Positions 20,186 to 29,833 are shown, counted from the stretch's first letter. The stretch is DNA of 64,000 nt from Maridesulfovibrio sp. (GCF_965140835.1 NZ_OZ223526.1); one strand, 5' to 3'. The notes: generated by a model from the sequence alone, not told the origin. Made by a program: numbers and translations.

Positions 20186-21931
20186 TTACGCTTCAATAAC
20201 CACGTCGCTGAACCTCCCCACCCCGTATTCTCTACGGCGCCGGAATTTATCAGGTCCGGGACCGATAATCTGAAGTTCCCGGTGGCGGCGCTGCACGTCC
20301 TGGGCAATATGCATTTCCTTGGTGCAGCCGGTGGAATAAGTGGCATCCTTCCCGGCCCAGACCGGGGGAACTTTTTCACCCATCAACTCAAAACTGGCTT
20401 CAATATCGGCATAGGTCTGGAATCTCCAGATAGTAATGAAACCACTGCGCTGAACCTTCTCCCACATAAACATGAGGTCGTCAGCATCCATACCTTCTTC
20501 GAAGTACTCTGCCGGATTGATTATGTAAGTATCAGCCAGCCGGTCACGAAGATGGGTCACGAAAGTGTTCAAGACCTTGATAGCAGTATCAACCTGCCCG
20601 GGAATGCTGCCCACGATAGCACTATAGAACATGACCGCCTTACGCTCGCTGCGCGCCTGTTGCATCTCGGCTATAATTTCATTGGCCTTTGCAGAAATAC
20701 CGGCTTCGGTAAATTTATGCACCGTCGGTGATTTAGCTTTGAATTCAAGTTTAAACCTGCCCTCAAGGTTGCGGTAGAAACAAATTATGTCGCGGGTAAA
20801 TAGATTGCTGTTACCTATCAGCCTGCGCCTGTTGCCCCAGCCCTTGGCCAGAATTAAATCTGATTCTTTCCATGCCCTGGCAAAAGTGACACTGCAACGG
20901 ATAAGATTAAGCCGTTCGCGTGTCCCGTCTGAGATGACCACAAAAGAATTCTCACGCAAACTGGCCAGCAGCTCATTCTTGGATATGCGCTCATCGGCAA
21001 TAAACAATGCATCTTTAAGAGCTTCGGCAAGCAACTGGTTGCTGTTACGGTCCCAGTATGTAGGCGAATCAAACCAGAAGCCTTCCTTAAGGGCGAGAAT
21101 AACGCTATGCCCCTGACGCAGCAAAGACTGAATCATCAACAGATCTGCCATCAATCCACCGGTTTCATCAGGAATAAACAATATCTTGAGTCCACCGCCA
21201 TTGCCATGGAGAACATCACGTACTGCACTGAAATCGACTTCATCTCGGCTATACATTTTAGAAAACAGCTGATAATCCTCGCCAAAAAGGACCTGACTCC
21301 ACTGATCCGGCAGACTGGATAGCCTGAAAATACGCTCCAGCTCAATCATATCCAGTTCAAAGCGCATATCTGCAAGATTTTCGCAATCAGGAGCCGGATA
21401 AGGACATGACTCCATTGCCTTCTTAAAGAAATCGCTTTCAACAAAGGCCTTACCCCGGCTAAAGAGCAACTCCTTGCGATTGCGGTAAGGGTCATCAAGC
21501 CCACTGCGGGAAAGAAAGATGGTGATCATATTCTTAAGCAGACGCAAAGGGATCATAATGGACGAATCAAGGGCCTGCCTGAATTTGTGGCGGCAAAGAT
21601 AGAGAATCAGTTTACGCTGGTAACAATCCGTGACATGATTTCTGACCAGCTTGACCAAAGCCCGCCAGACATAAATATAAACATCCAGAAGATCTTCTTC
21701 CAACCCCGGTGTGACAAGTCTGTTGAACTGCCAGTCCGAGCAGGGAGCAAAAACCTGATCATCATCAAGTGCAACCATAAAACGCAGTTGTTCAGGGGAC
21801 GCATTTTTGACAGGATCAATACTGCTCTCCAGATGGTTTGCGGTCATGAAATGCAGAAGCCATGCATCAAAAACCGGGTCTTCGCCGTACTTAAGTTCTC
21901 TCATTGATGTAAAATCAGGCAAAATACTCAC
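20186..21931 (-). CDS. Conserved-looking protein of unknown function with a DUF89/ARMT1-like central region (degenerate metal site) and a roughly 170-aa extra C-terminal domain
   Basis: ILFIPDETGGLMADLLMIQSLLRQGHSVILALKEGFWFDSPT and DLILAKGWGNRRRL parallel the DUF89 motifs DNAGE...VKxxPxxND...KGxGN. There is a 6-nt gap to nadK upstream and a 4-nt gap to mltA downstream. Confidence 0.45.
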   Translation of the reverse strand: MSILPDFTSMRELKYGEDPVFDAWLLHFMTANHLESSIDPVKNASPEQLRFMVALDDDQVFAPCSDWQFNRLVTPGLEEDLLDVYIYVWRALVKLVRNHVTDCYQRKLILYLCRHKFRQALDSSIMIPLRLLKNMITIFLSRSGLDDPYRNRKELLFSRGKAFVESDFFKKAMESCPYPAPDCENLADMRFELDMIELERIFRLSSLPDQWSQVLFGEDYQLFSKMYSRDEVDFSAVRDVLHGNGGGLKILFIPDETGGLMADLLMIQSLLRQGHSVILALKEGFWFDSPTYWDRNSNQLLAEALKDALFIADERISKNELLASLRENSFVVISDGTRERLNLIRCSVTFARAWKESDLILAKGWGNRRRLIGNSNLFTRDIICFYRNLEGRFKLEFKAKSPTVHKFTEAGISAKANEIIAEMQQARSERKAVMFYSAIVGSIPGQVDTAIKVLNTFVTHLRDRLADTYIINPAEYFEEGMDADDLMFMWEKVQRSGFITIWRFQTYADIEASFELMGEKVPPVWAGKDATYSTGCTKEMHIAQDVQRRHRELQIIGPGPDKFRRRREYGVGRFSDVVIEA

Positions 21932-21937
21932 TGGGGT

Positions 21938-22795
21938 CTACTCCGTAAGGAAGCCCTTGCTTCTCAATTTTTCGAAAAAAGTATTACTGCGGATGCGGGC
22001 CAGCATAAGCTCTTTATTGTGGCGTGAAACAACAATACGGTATCCCTCGCTCAAAGGATAAGGAACACGTCCGTCCTCGGTAAGATATACATCTCCGGAT
22101 GCCTCACCAACATCTATGGTCAGCGGGGTATCCACCGGCAGCACCATCGGCCTGATACCATTAAGAAAAGGACAGACCGGAGTCACACACATGGCCGCAA
22201 GCTCGGGATGGACCAATGGTCCGCCCGCGGAAACATTATATGCAGTTGAGCCTGTGGGTGTGGAGATGATCAGGCCGTCGGCGCGCAGATTTTTAATCCA
22301 CTGCCCTTTTTGGCCGATATCGAGGGAAATAATCCGGGCAACTGCTCCGCGCGAAATAACCAGATCGTTAATAGCGACTCCGCGCGCGACAATTCCGTTA
22401 CCGCGCTGCACTTCATAATCAAATGCGGTGCGCAGGGAAATATCCAGTTCGCCGCTGAAAAAATTTTCGAGCGCGGTTTCCCAGTCCTCTGGGAGCACCT
22501 CGGCCAGAAAACCCACCCGGCCATGATTGATACCCAGCACCGGTACCTGCCAATCAATGACATTCCCCGCCACACTGATAAAAGTACCGTCCCCGCCGAG
22601 GACAAGTACAAGCATGGTATTTTCCCTGTATGAGGAAACATTAATCCGGGCAGGCGGACATGGATGTTCAACCATGTGGGAATACACGCCGCGCCGTTTG
22701 AGCCAGCAGGCAATCTCGCCACCAAGCTCAGCAGCTCTGCCGCCACCGGATTTAGTTACAATTAGAACAGAACCTTGACTATTTGACATAGACAA
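21938..22795 (-). CDS. nadK: NAD kinase
   Basis: LVLVLGGDGTFI, NHGRVGFL, INDLVISRG, ADGLIISTPTGSTAYNVSAGGP. Confidence 0.9.
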   Translation of the reverse strand: MSMSNSQGSVLIVTKSGGGRAAELGGEIACWLKRRGVYSHMVEHPCPPARINVSSYRENTMLVLVLGGDGTFISVAGNVIDWQVPVLGINHGRVGFLAEVLPEDWETALENFFSGELDISLRTAFDYEVQRGNGIVARGVAINDLVISRGAVARIISLDIGQKGQWIKNLRADGLIISTPTGSTAYNVSAGGPLVHPELAAMCVTPVCPFLNGIRPMVLPVDTPLTIDVGEASGDVYLTEDGRVPYPLSEGYRIVVSRHNKELMLARIRSNTFFEKLRSKGFLTE

Positions 22796-22970
22796 CTCTC
22801 CTATTAGAAAGAGGCCTAAGATTCAACTGTTTGCTGCCCCAAAATAAGAATATAAATGTACCATCTTCTAATATACTTTTTCTGGATCCGATTCTAAACT
22901 TATTTCTCCGTCACCCTTAACATATTGAAAAAAATATAAAATATTTTTTCTTTTTTTCCTTAATTTCCCC

Positions 22971-22998
22971 TAAAGCATATATTGAAACCTGCCGATAT
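22971..22998 (+). promoter_or_regulatory. Sigma28 (FliA)-type promoter candidate
   Basis: TAAAGCAT-N12-GCCGATAT, ending 25 nt upstream of the GTG at 23023. Confidence 0.5.
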
Positions 22999-23022
22999 TG
23001 TATATGAGGAGGATTATCTACT

Positions 23023-23439
23023 GTGGCAAATACCCCTGCTGAAATACGTAATATGCTGCGAACATACGGCAAGCAGCTGACCAGTGCGAAGCGACTGGCC
23101 CGATTCAGACGTGCTCTGAACCGGTCCGAGTCTACAGACACGGTCACTATTTCCAGGCAGGCAAGACGTCGAGAGCTTGTTGAGAAGGTTTCCCGGGAAA
23201 TTATCGAAAATTTGATCGTCTCGGGTAATGAAAATCCGGTAGTGTCCGATATATTAGAACAGCTGGAACTTGATTTCGGTGACCGTTTTGTTTTCGAGTA
23301 TCCACTCGACGGCAGCGATGTACAGGTTCTAAAGGAAACCCCGGAAGGTGTATTTGACCTACCGCGCGAAGAAAAAGCGCAGGTCATGAACCGCCTTTGG
23401 GAGATCACACTGGACAAGGTAGACCGGACCATGCTCTGA
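23023..23439 (+). CDS. 138-aa protein of unknown function co-transcribed with flgM (FlgM-associated)
   Basis: GTG start after a GAGGAGG RBS. The N-terminal half is basic and the C-terminal half acidic. flgM follows 58 nt downstream with no intervening terminator. Confidence 0.6.
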   Translation: MANTPAEIRNMLRTYGKQLTSAKRLARFRRALNRSESTDTVTISRQARRRELVEKVSREIIENLIVSGNENPVVSDILEQLELDFGDRFVFEYPLDGSDVQVLKETPEGVFDLPREEKAQVMNRLWEITLDKVDRTML

Positions 23440-23497
23440 TGCTGGCCGCTCCAGACAACCTCATATTAATGTAAATTTGGTAACCCCGGAGGGGATT

Positions 23498-23797
23498 ATG
23501 AAGATTAACCAGTACAGCCAAACCCCTCTCAAGGCCTACTCTGAAAACCGGGTGAACAACGCTGCGGACAAGGCCCAGAGCCAGCAGCAGAGTTCAGCTC
23601 CAAGCCGGGATGTAGTTAATGTCTCGGCACAGGCAAAGCTCCTCGGAACAGCACGAAAGACTGCCACCGAGAGCCCGGATACCAGAGAGCAGAAGGTGAG
23701 AGATCTGCGGGAACAGGTGCGTTCAGGTTCTTACAAGCCCGATATTCGCAAGACGGCTATGAACCTTATTCGCGATGAAGTTGATTTCTTAAGCTAA
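23498..23797 (+). CDS. flgM: Anti-sigma-28 factor FlgM
   Basis: The C-terminus KVRDLREQVRSGSYKPDIRKTAMNLIRDEV is typical of FlgM. The ATG at 23498 follows GGAGGGG. Confidence 0.8.
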   Translation: MKINQYSQTPLKAYSENRVNNAADKAQSQQQSSAPSRDVVNVSAQAKLLGTARKTATESPDTREQKVRDLREQVRSGSYKPDIRKTAMNLIRDEVDFLS

Positions 23798-23900
23798 CAA
23801 AATAAAAACGGTGAAACCTCTATCAAGATTCCACCGCTTTAAAAAGCTCTTCATAAATGGGAGATATCCCGCACGGTTGACCCGGCAACACCTTAGCTGT

Positions 23901-23930
23901 GGGCATAAAATAAAAAGATATTTTATGCCC
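23901..23930. terminator. Bidirectional hairpin between the convergent flgM and fliW genes
   Basis: GGGCATAAAATA-loop-TATTTTATGCCC, a perfect 12-bp stem. Confidence 0.5.
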
Positions 23931-23942
23931 GGGACTTAAGGA

Positions 23943-24386
23943 TTAATCGTTCGCCGGGCGGAAGTGTGACGGATACTTAGAGTCCACCTGCGGAACCTGC
24001 ATTCCCCTCTTGGCTTCAGAGTTGATCACAATGGGACCACCAAGATTAAGAGTGGTCTCATCAGGTCTTCCCGGAGGGATAGTCACGGTTACCAGAACTG
24101 CAATCTGACGGATATTCTCCACCCGCAAAATTCTTTTTTCAGCTTCACTCAAGCGGACTTCATAGTCGTCCATGAAACTGTACGGATCTGCCACCAGAAG
24201 ACCCAACCCCGGGTCTTCAAGGCTTTGCAGAAGAAGGAAAGGGGAATTATCGCTGATCTGAATAAGAGCGAAATCCCTTTTGTCATCAAAGCCGATCAAT
24301 CCGCGGGAAAAATAAATAATACCGTCGTCGGTAATTTCCCTCTCCCCAATACGGGTCCTGATTATTTTTGTTCTTTCTTTTGCCAT
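23943..24386 (-). CDS. fliW: Flagellar assembly factor FliW
   Basis: [21 protein letters not shown]...[21 protein letters not shown]. Confidence 0.85.
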   Translation of the reverse strand: MAKERTKIIRTRIGEREITDDGIIYFSRGLIGFDDKRDFALIQISDNSPFLLLQSLEDPGLGLLVADPYSFMDDYEVRLSEAEKRILRVENIRQIAVLVTVTIPPGRPDETTLNLGGPIVINSEAKRGMQVPQVDSKYPSHFRPAND

Positions 24387-24601
24387 AACTCGGTCGCAGC
24401 AAGAAGGTCCTGCTCTGTGTTTTCAAGCGCCAAACGGTTCTGTTCTTTAATCTTGAGGTAAACCTCTTCCCTGTAGACAGTTGTCTCTGCCGGTATCTCA
24501 AGGCCCAGCTTAACCTGCCGTCCCTGCACACTTAATACCGTGATCTTGATGTTGTCATCCAGGTATAGGGCTTCCCCCGGTCTCCGGGTCAAAATAAGCA
24601 T
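24362..24601 (-). CDS. csrA: Carbon storage regulator CsrA
   Basis: [48 protein letters not shown]. Confidence 0.9.
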   Translation of the reverse strand: MLILTRRPGEALYLDDNIKITVLSVQGRQVKLGLEIPAETTVYREEVYLKIKEQNRLALENTEQDLLAATELWQKKEQK

Positions 24602-24742
24602 ATCAATATTTGTGTAAATAATCCTTCTGGATTGTTTCTGCTTTGATTGAAAAAACCCTCCACTGCGGAAAGCATTTTCAGCACTGCAAATGTCTTAGCC
24701 CAAATATCCCCGTGCGGGCAAGCACAACTGTCTATATTTAAT

Positions 24743-26326
24743 TTATATATAATCAAGCAGCTTCATTTTCATGATCATGGACGAACTCTTCAGCACGGCC
24801 TCATAAACAATCTGCTGCTGGGAAAGCTTGGTCATAAGCTCCCCGACATCAACATCTTCAATGTGCGAAATACGGTCCTTCTCGTTCAACTCCAGACTTG
24901 ATAAGACATTATCCGCAACTGCGAGCCTGTTTTCCCTGCCCCCGACATCAGCGGCCTTTGTCAGAATATGCTTCTGGGAAAGGTTCAGACTGTCAAGGCA
25001 GTGCTGGACTCCGGTCTGGTTGTTGGTTTCCAGAAAGGCCACAAGATTACCAATCGTCTCAAACATATTATGGGTAGCCGAGCTGTTGCTGGACATAAGC
25101 ATGCTGTCACCACCGAAAACAACACTGGCTCCGTTTGCTCCGGGCAGCTGGTAAACACCACCGAAAATATCCTTACCTACATCATTGATGCGCACATACT
25201 CGTTTTCCTGAATCTGGACATTCATTGCCGCAGTATCAGGATGGACAACAAACTGTGCCCCGGCACCGAGAGCGTTTGATCCTCCGCCACCGGTATTCGA
25301 GTAAATAGTCAAAGTACCGCCGGGTATAGTCAGCACCGCATTGGAAGCCACACCGTCAGCAGGCTTAACGTTGCCTTTTGTCCATGTCGTACCGCCGTCA
25401 AGACTGTAAGAATATTCAATCTGGCTGGCGAGGTCTGTGGCGGTATCAATCCTGACAACAACATCCTTGGAGAAGCTGCCTTCAGCATTAGTCCTGCCGC
25501 CACCGAGATTGGTATTCATGCCGATAACATCAATGGAATCTTCATCGTCCCCCTTATACACAGCTGTGGGCCGAACCCACATCCAGGTTCCGGACGTATC
25601 ATTAGTGTTATTTGAATCATTCTGAGTCACCGGAATATTTGTCGGAGGTGTACCAAGATCGAAATCCATGGTCACTCCGTCAAAATCCAGACTAGTATTG
25701 CCTGCAGCAAGAGTCTTGGTAATAAAAGTCTTACCGCCATCCTTGGAGTAGCGATAATCAAGCGGAGCACCGCCGCCTATATCCCCGCTATCCAAAAACT
25801 GGACCACGATGGTTTTATCTGCATTTCCGGTAATGGTGAAATTTCGCGAAGACACATTGGAGTCATTGGTTGTCATCCAAAGTTTCTCTGTAAAAGCGTT
25901 ATCATCCACCTTGTGCCCTGCATAAATACTCTTGCCTTCATACTCGGTGTTGGCAAGGGACACCAGCTGCTGGAAAAGCTGACGGGCTTCGTAACTGATC
26001 TGTTCCCTGTTGTCGTCAGTCAATGTGCCGGATGCTCCCTGCTCAGCCAATTCTTTAGCACGGGTAAGTATGGTTGAAACCTGAGTCATGGTAGCATCTG
26101 AAAGAGAAAGCCAGCCCTTAGCAGTATCAATATTATCCCGGTACTGCTTAACTGTAGCAAGAGTTTCACGATGGTCAAGAATACGAGCCATGCCTACAGG
26201 ATCATCAGAAGGCCGGTTGACCTTTTTCTGAGTCTGCGCCTGAATATTTGTCTCAACCAGGTTGTTCAGAGACCTATTCATATTTGACATGTATGTATTG
26301 AAAAGCATTTGCTGCGATATTCTCAT
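24743..26326 (-). CDS. flgL: Flagellar hook-associated protein 3 (FlgL)
   Basis: Flagellin-like N-terminus MRISQQMLFNTYMSNMNRSLNNL...RPSDDPVG and a conserved C-terminal helix. Confidence 0.85.
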   Translation of the reverse strand: MRISQQMLFNTYMSNMNRSLNNLVETNIQAQTQKKVNRPSDDPVGMARILDHRETLATVKQYRDNIDTAKGWLSLSDATMTQVSTILTRAKELAEQGASGTLTDDNREQISYEARQLFQQLVSLANTEYEGKSIYAGHKVDDNAFTEKLWMTTNDSNVSSRNFTITGNADKTIVVQFLDSGDIGGGAPLDYRYSKDGGKTFITKTLAAGNTSLDFDGVTMDFDLGTPPTNIPVTQNDSNNTNDTSGTWMWVRPTAVYKGDDEDSIDVIGMNTNLGGGRTNAEGSFSKDVVVRIDTATDLASQIEYSYSLDGGTTWTKGNVKPADGVASNAVLTIPGGTLTIYSNTGGGGSNALGAGAQFVVHPDTAAMNVQIQENEYVRINDVGKDIFGGVYQLPGANGASVVFGGDSMLMSSNSSATHNMFETIGNLVAFLETNNQTGVQHCLDSLNLSQKHILTKAADVGGRENRLAVADNVLSSLELNEKDRISHIEDVDVGELMTKLSQQQIVYEAVLKSSSMIMKMKLLDYI

Positions 26327-26359
26327 AGCCTTTCTCCCTCAGCCTTATTAGACAACACC

Positions 26360-28483
26360 TTAGTTCTTCATCCCGAGCAGGGTCTGAAGCATCTGGTCTG
26401 CGGTTGTAATCAATTTTGCCGCAGCAGTGTATGAATGCTGAAACTTGATCAGGTTACTCATCTCTTCATCAATGTTCACACCCGACACAGCCTGCTGCTT
26501 GTCATTAAGATCAGATGCGAGTGTATCCTGAAAATTGTAATTGAACTTGGCTGTTGCGGTATCTGCACCAACAACCGCCACAGTCCCGTCATAATATTCG
26601 ATCAGGGTCTGTTTGGTGGTTCCGTCAAAGGAAGTGGTGATATTCAGATCGGTCATTCCCATTTCCTTCATCTTCAGAGCGTTGGTGTTATCGCCGCTGT
26701 TGGCCTCACCAGCACCGTTTACATGTCCGGCATTAATGAAATCGATGTCACCGTTAACCGATCCATTTACTTCTATATCCGTAGCTTCCGAACCGCTGAA
26801 ATAAGTATTCAGACCAAGAGCCGCGTATAGACCGGAGGTATCGGTTCCCATTTGAAACTCATGGCCGTCTTTGGCTTTAATCTGCAGCTTATGGTTAACG
26901 ATTGATGCGGACACATAAGTACCGAATGTATCGTTAATAGCCTTTTCCACATCCTCAAGGGAATGGACCGAAGGATCAAAATTCTGCACACCCGGAGGAA
27001 TGATGGAGCTGAAATCAATCTGGCCCGAAGCTTCCATGGCCCCTGTGGTAGAATTGTAAAAAGACATCAGTGAGTTACCGGACTGAAGTCTGTCCGCAAA
27101 AGGAAGCCCGGAAGAACCGCTGCCAAGCGCCACTGAATCAGTTTCCACACCGTAAGTTCCATCTAAAGAAGTATGGGGCTTGAGTCCTGCCCCCTGAGAG
27201 TGGATACGGTTGGTCTGCCAGATCAGTTCTTTGGTCACTGCGTCCATGCGCTCTTTGTATCTACCGACAGCGTTGTCGCGGAAGTTGAAGAAACCTGCCA
27301 GAGAGCCGCCGGTAACTCTTCTTTGATTGTCCTGCCCTGCAAAGTTGATCTGCGGGGTGATGTTTTCCTTGGTAGAAGTATTTTCAACCCAGTACAGCGC
27401 ATTCTTGGGCACGATTGTGAACTTGTCACCCTTGGCCATGGGGTTCGCAGGTGTAGCAGTCGAATCAGAACCGGTACCGAACCAGATCTTGAGGTCCTCA
27501 ACCTGAATTGCACCGGTATCGTTATTTGCGGTGAAAGTCTTAACGTTTCCGTTATCGTCCTTGAGCCATGTGGTTCCGCCGTCAAGAGAAACCCTGTACT
27601 CGGCAGGCGGTGTTCCGCTGACATCACCGGCGGTCACGCATTCAAGGGTATATTCAAATTCACTGGAACCTGCGAAATATGCCTGTCCATCAAAGGTAGA
27701 TGTTGAACTTAAATTATTCTGGCTCTGTGGCCCGTCATAAGAGATACTGAAATGCTTATCACCGTCCACCAGAGTCTGTCCGGCCCCGGTCAGAATAGTA
27801 ATGTTCCCCTTTCCGTTATCGATCATCTTGGTATCCATGATCTCGGAAAGATCACGAATCAGAACCGCTCTTTCATCATAGAGAGCGTTAGGATTATTCT
27901 GCCCTTCGATCTGATCAACATTGATGCGCTGGTTGATCTCGGCAATACGGGTCATGATGTCGTTAGCCTTGGCGACATCCTGCTTGATATAATCTTCGAC
28001 CTGCTGCTGGTAGCGGGTCATGTCGTTCTGCATACTGTGCAGGGAGTTGACAAGATTGGTGGTATCGCTAAGCAACTGCTGGCGGGATGCTGCATCGTTA
28101 GGACGCTGACTGAGATCCTGCCAGTCATTGAAAAATTTGGTCAGGCTTGAGTTAAGACCGTATCCCCTGGATTCGTTAAACAGAGCCTCAACACTGCTTA
28201 AAGAGTTGTACAAAGTATCCCAACGTTCACGCATGGTAGCTTTATCGTTGTAGCTGTTCTCAACAAACTGGTCGAAATTGCGGTAAACCTCAGCAGCGCG
28301 CACTCCGGTTCCGATTTGGCCCGGATTATAATTAATGCTCATGCTCTCTTCGAGACGAACATTACGGCGGGAATATCCTTTGGTGTTAACATTCGAAATG
28401 TTATCACCGGTTACGGAAATAGCCGACTGGGATGCAAAAAGGGCCCCTGTGCCCAGATTCAGCAAGGAATTAACACCAGGCAT
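26360..28483 (-). CDS. flgK: Flagellar hook-associated protein 1 (FlgK)
   Basis: N-terminus LNLGTGALFASQSAISVTGDNISNVNTKGYSRR. C-terminus EEMSNLIKFQHSYTAAAKLITTADQMLQTLL. Confidence 0.9.
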   Translation of the reverse strand: MPGVNSLLNLGTGALFASQSAISVTGDNISNVNTKGYSRRNVRLEESMSINYNPGQIGTGVRAAEVYRNFDQFVENSYNDKATMRERWDTLYNSLSSVEALFNESRGYGLNSSLTKFFNDWQDLSQRPNDAASRQQLLSDTTNLVNSLHSMQNDMTRYQQQVEDYIKQDVAKANDIMTRIAEINQRINVDQIEGQNNPNALYDERAVLIRDLSEIMDTKMIDNGKGNITILTGAGQTLVDGDKHFSISYDGPQSQNNLSSTSTFDGQAYFAGSSEFEYTLECVTAGDVSGTPPAEYRVSLDGGTTWLKDDNGNVKTFTANNDTGAIQVEDLKIWFGTGSDSTATPANPMAKGDKFTIVPKNALYWVENTSTKENITPQINFAGQDNQRRVTGGSLAGFFNFRDNAVGRYKERMDAVTKELIWQTNRIHSQGAGLKPHTSLDGTYGVETDSVALGSGSSGLPFADRLQSGNSLMSFYNSTTGAMEASGQIDFSSIIPPGVQNFDPSVHSLEDVEKAINDTFGTYVSASIVNHKLQIKAKDGHEFQMGTDTSGLYAALGLNTYFSGSEATDIEVNGSVNGDIDFINAGHVNGAGEANSGDNTNALKMKEMGMTDLNITTSFDGTTKQTLIEYYDGTVAVVGADTATAKFNYNFQDTLASDLNDKQQAVSGVNIDEEMSNLIKFQHSYTAAAKLITTADQMLQTLLGMKN

Positions 28484-28962
28484 TAGAGCCTCCCGTTAAC
28501 TAAGGTAGCCTGAGGCTTGGGATTAAAATAACGTCCTCTTGAGGAGTAAACATTCTGCTGCTTAGGAGTAATTTCCTTGTGCAGAAATTCCAGCATGGAG
28601 GAAGACTGCTCTAAAAGAGCCTGTGCCAACTGATGGTTCTTAGTCGCCTGAACACCGCACTTCTGCTCAAATTCATCAATTTTACCCAGCAGCTGTTCTA
28701 TTTCCTTACGCTGGGAATCCTCAATGGCGGACAGGACCTGCCCGAGCCTCTTCGCGGATGGGTCAATTTTTTGAACAAAAGATCTCATGGACATGCGCTC
28801 AGCTGAAATCTGGCGCATAAGTTCCTGAATAACCAGCTCAACTCCGGTTACACCCTGCGGGTCTTTATTCATAAGCAGGGAAAATTCTTCCTGAAGAAGC
28901 ATAGAGAGCAACAAGACCGCCTTGGACTGCCTGTCAAGATTTGCCTGTATAAGCCTGATCAT
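28483..28962 (-). CDS. flgN: FlgN-like flagellar export chaperone
   Basis: A 159-aa helical protein in which LLQEEFSLLMNKDP matches the FlgN pattern. Its stop codon overlaps the flgK start by 1 nt. Confidence 0.55.
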   Translation of the reverse strand: MIRLIQANLDRQSKAVLLLSMLLQEEFSLLMNKDPQGVTGVELVIQELMRQISAERMSMRSFVQKIDPSAKRLGQVLSAIEDSQRKEIEQLLGKIDEFEQKCGVQATKNHQLAQALLEQSSSMLEFLHKEITPKQQNVYSSRGRYFNPKPQATLVNGRL

Positions 28963-29040
28963 TGTTCCTTACCTCTCTATTTAAAACCCTAATTTTAAGG
29001 ACTTTTTATCTTTTACTAATGTTTCTTAACTAAATCTTAT

Positions 29041-29763
29041 TTATATACCAGCAAGTTTCCTGCCAATTTCTTCAGCAGTTACTCCCTGCACATAAACTTT
29101 GGTGTCATGCTCTTTTTCGATCTTACGGGCCAGCTCTTCAATTTTAGCCATGGCCTCAGGCCTGCTTAAAGGAGCCTGCGCCTTTGTTTCTCCAGCCTGC
29201 GTACTCTTAGCCTGACGTTCTACGCGCTGTTCAAAGGTGAAATCTTCATCTTCAAGTGAAATTCCAGGCTTAGGCATGGGAATGCCCGGCAAACCGTTCG
29301 AAGCGTCTTCATTGATGGAAGCAAGACGGGCCCCGTGCATAGAGCCTTGGCGCCCTACATCGTCTAGCGTCTTAAGTGCAGTGGAGTTGCCTGTGCCCGG
29401 CAATGTGGATTTACTGGCCTTATCCAACTTTGAGCGCAGCTGGTCATAAAGCATGTCGCCCAATCCGATACCGCCGCCTTCGGCCAGTTTCTCGGAAAAA
29501 TCCTTATCAAACATGGCGGTGTACTGCTGTTCGTAACGGTTGCTCAGGTACCCGCTCTTGGGGACGTTCTTGCGCATCTGCTGCCAGATCTTACCCATAA
29601 AAACCGCTTCGAACTTTTTACACGCATCACGGAGAGATTTATCGACATCCTTTCCACCGGAAAGCCGGTCATTGAGACTGGTAAGCTTATTCTTAAAACC
29701 CTCCAGTTCCTTGCTCTCGGCATTAGCCTTGGCAGTAGCGGTGCTCATTACGCTTTCAATCAT
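29041..29763 (-). CDS. Rod-binding protein (FlgJ N-terminal-domain type, with no muramidase domain)
   Basis: Rod-binding motif FEAVFMGKIWQQMRKNV...EQQYTAMFDKDFSEKLAEGGGIGLGDMLYDQL. The C-terminal half is low-complexity with no glycosidase motifs. Confidence 0.75.
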   Translation of the reverse strand: MIESVMSTATAKANAESKELEGFKNKLTSLNDRLSGGKDVDKSLRDACKKFEAVFMGKIWQQMRKNVPKSGYLSNRYEQQYTAMFDKDFSEKLAEGGGIGLGDMLYDQLRSKLDKASKSTLPGTGNSTALKTLDDVGRQGSMHGARLASINEDASNGLPGIPMPKPGISLEDEDFTFEQRVERQAKSTQAGETKAQAPLSRPEAMAKIEELARKIEKEHDTKVYVQGVTAEEIGRKLAGI

Positions 29764-29833
29764 TTTAGCTTTCCTCCAGTTTATTTACGGCCCCGGGATT
29801 GATTAATGCTGAGACCACTTTCATCCCCAGCAT

